NCBI GenBank assembly: GCA_965204035.1
Contig: OZ241964.1
Span: forward strand, 1,438,726-1,502,725
Source: Thermodesulfobacteriota bacterium
GTDB lineage: Bacteria; Desulfobacterota_D; UBA1144; Nemesobacterales; Nemesobacteraceae
Direction of reading: 5' to 3'
Length of the DNA stretch: 64,000 nt
The notes under the pieces: generated by a model
Told to the model about the DNA's origin: nothing
What the model saw: the letters and a program-made list of their open reading frames with translations, nothing else
Database searches by the model: none
Translations under genes and position numbers: made by a program
Part shown: positions 62,751 to 64,000 of the stretch, piece by piece
Numbering within the stretch: the stretch's first letter is position 1
How the letters are laid out: every line of letters starts with the position of its first letter

Positions 62751-64000
62751 TTAAAGGTTTTTCCAGAGCCAGGCCACCTGTTCTGACGACCGGATATGGT
62801 GGGAGAACTTTTTCCCCTCTCCTAAACGCGTACTGTTCTCCACCGAGTGCCTTTTAAGCAAGACCGTCAGAAGCAGCGCTAACGTCACCAGAAGCAGGCT
62901 GAGCACTCCGCCGCTACTGCTTCCTCCAACAGCGCAGCCTCCGCCACCGCTGCCACCGCCGCCGCCGTCACCACTCTCGTCGGGCTGTTCCATCTCCTCT
63001 ACCGCAGGGTACCCTGAACCCACGATGTATACGCGGCCGTCTCCCTCATCCAAGGGAACTTCCACCCTTATGGCGTAACCCCTAATGAGCAGATCGCCCT
63101 CTCTATACTCAACAATCCCTTCGCCCGCCTCACTTATAAGATCTTCTACATGCCGCTTTGCGGATTCGTCCTTCTGCTCCCTTTCCCTGTCCTCACCGTC
63201 AAATATCACTCTCCCACTCTCATGCATAATGTAAACATGGACGTCCCCTTCTCTCCACGGTCCTTCCCGCCTCAGAATCCCCCGAAGCTCCACGGGGTCA
63301 ATATCAGGATCCTCAACTGCTTCCAAAAGCACTCTTCCCGCATCATCCACGAATTCCCTTAACTCTTCGTCTGTGTCCACATCCCCTGCTTCTGTTGACG
63401 GTCCGCCAACCTCTCCCGTGAAAGACTCTCCTTCCGGGATTTCATCAAAACCGCCCAGAAGAACGAACTTCTCCTCGCCGTGCGCCAGAGGAACATACGA
63501 AGCTGAGAGCGGATGCGCGTAACCATTTCTCTCTTCACCGTACTCAATGAAGCATCCCTCTTGCGTGGCAAGCACGGATCCTCCCCCTTCGCAGAAAAGA
63601 ACCCCGGACCAGTCAAGATCTTCAACTTCCCTGTCATTGGCGTGAAAGTACACCCCGCCTCTTTTAGTGAGAAGAACAAGGTACATGGAACCGTTATTCC
63701 AGCCTCTCTCGCTGTCCCTGAACTCCTCTAGGAGGCGAAGGGTTTCCTCAAAGGTGTCCGATGTTTCAATTCTCTCCGCCGCATCCTCCACGAATTCCCT
63801 TAATTCATCGTCGGTATCTACCTCCTCAGCTTCCATCATCGGGGGGGGGGGTGGAGGCGGAGGTGGAGGTGGGGGTGGAGGCGGAGGCGGAGGTGGTGCA
63901 ACAACTTTACTTCCAGCCCCAGACCACGGGCCGTCCCCGTCAGAGTTTATTGCCAGAACTCGCGCCTGGTGTTGGGCACTAGAGTCGGAAACCGGAATCG
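62751..64000 (-). CDS. Family member 4 (partial; N-terminus beyond the right edge): FN3-like end, Pro19 linker, two PDC/Cache-like acidic modules, GGC tail
   Basis: The frame stays open upstream of the ORF-track ATG (63839) to the window edge: ...RVLAINSDGDGPWSGAGSKVVA-P19-MMEAEEV. Two internal repeats (DTD(D/E)ELREFV(E/D)DA...). Tail GGGGCAVGGSSSGGVLSLLLVTLALLLTVLLKR. Confidence 0.7.
   Translation of the reverse strand, partial: IPVSDSSAQHQARVLAINSDGDGPWSGAGSKVVAPPPPPPPPPPPPPPPPPPPMMEAEEVDTDDELREFVEDAAERIETSDTFEETLRLLEEFRDSERGWNNGSMYLVLLTKRGGVYFHANDREVEDLDWSGVLFCEGGGSVLATQEGCFIEYGEERNGYAHPLSASYVPLAHGEEKFVLLGGFDEIPEGESFTGEVGGPSTEAGDVDTDEELREFVDDAGRVLLEAVEDPDIDPVELRGILRREGPWREGDVHVYIMHESGRVIFDGEDREREQKDESAKRHVEDLISEAGEGIVEYREGDLLIRGYAIRVEVPLDEGDGRVYIVGSGYPAVEEMEQPDESGDGGGGGSGGGGCAVGGSSSGGVLSLLLVTLALLLTVLLKRHSVENSTRLGEGKKFSHHIRSSEQVAWLWKNL
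63841..63851 (-). repeat. G11 on the plus strand = C11 on the coding strand, inside the poly-Pro linker of member 4
   Basis: Counted directly. Encodes PPPP in the current frame. Confidence 0.95.

Overview
A 64-kb bacterial chromosomal segment, roughly 50% G+C by eye. I cannot assign a taxon from sequence alone. The backbone is ordinary housekeeping: purE/purK, trmFO, glyQS, tatA, RNase G, hisA/hisF, a dGTPase-like gene, futalosine-pathway mqnA/mqnD, dapF, prfA, zapA, 5-FCL, RNase Y, tmk, rluB-like and acs. Accessory islets interrupt it. I found no tRNA, rRNA, CRISPR array, integrase or transposase.

The most unusual region is 25.1-34.7 kb, which holds three paralogous genes for large modular secreted proteins.
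- Each gene is preceded by the same portable 5' module: a near-consensus sigma70-type promoter, a short conserved leader ORF and a C11-A-T(4 or 6) homopolymer tract lying between the start codon and the signal peptide. Only one of the three is in frame, which looks like slipped-strand phase variation.
- Each gene ends in a tail I do not recognise: acidic/Gly-rich stretch, GGCA[LV]G, hydrophobic helix, basic cluster. This resembles a tripartite C-terminal sorting signal.
- The same tail, again with a C11 tract on the coding strand, occurs in a fourth gene at the right edge of the window.
- The locus also contains a 1-kb near-identical 3' module, an orphan 3' tail fragment, a high-GC foreign-looking block and a stop codon buried in the next gene's -35 box.

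Other notable items:
- A 2.16-kb AT-rich cassette flanked by perfect 23-bp direct repeats that duplicate the 3' end of mqnD. It carries only an ABC-type ATPase plus a small Toprim-like partner, a candidate defence system.
- A lone BtpA/TcpB-like coiled-coil TIR protein in an AT-rich islet.
- Toxin-antitoxin pairs: HEPN/MNT, HipBA and DUF433/DUF5615.
- Two Fic proteins, one fused to a MerR-type HTH.
- Iteron-like 11-12-bp repeat arrays, and a 37-bp palindromic element present twice.
- A sufE-sufU-unknown-FAD oxidoreductase-NapH-like operon.

Caveat: two ordinary genes (trmFO and a lipoprotein) also carry single-base frameshifts at short homopolymers. Assembly indel error is therefore a live alternative for every frame-based claim here.
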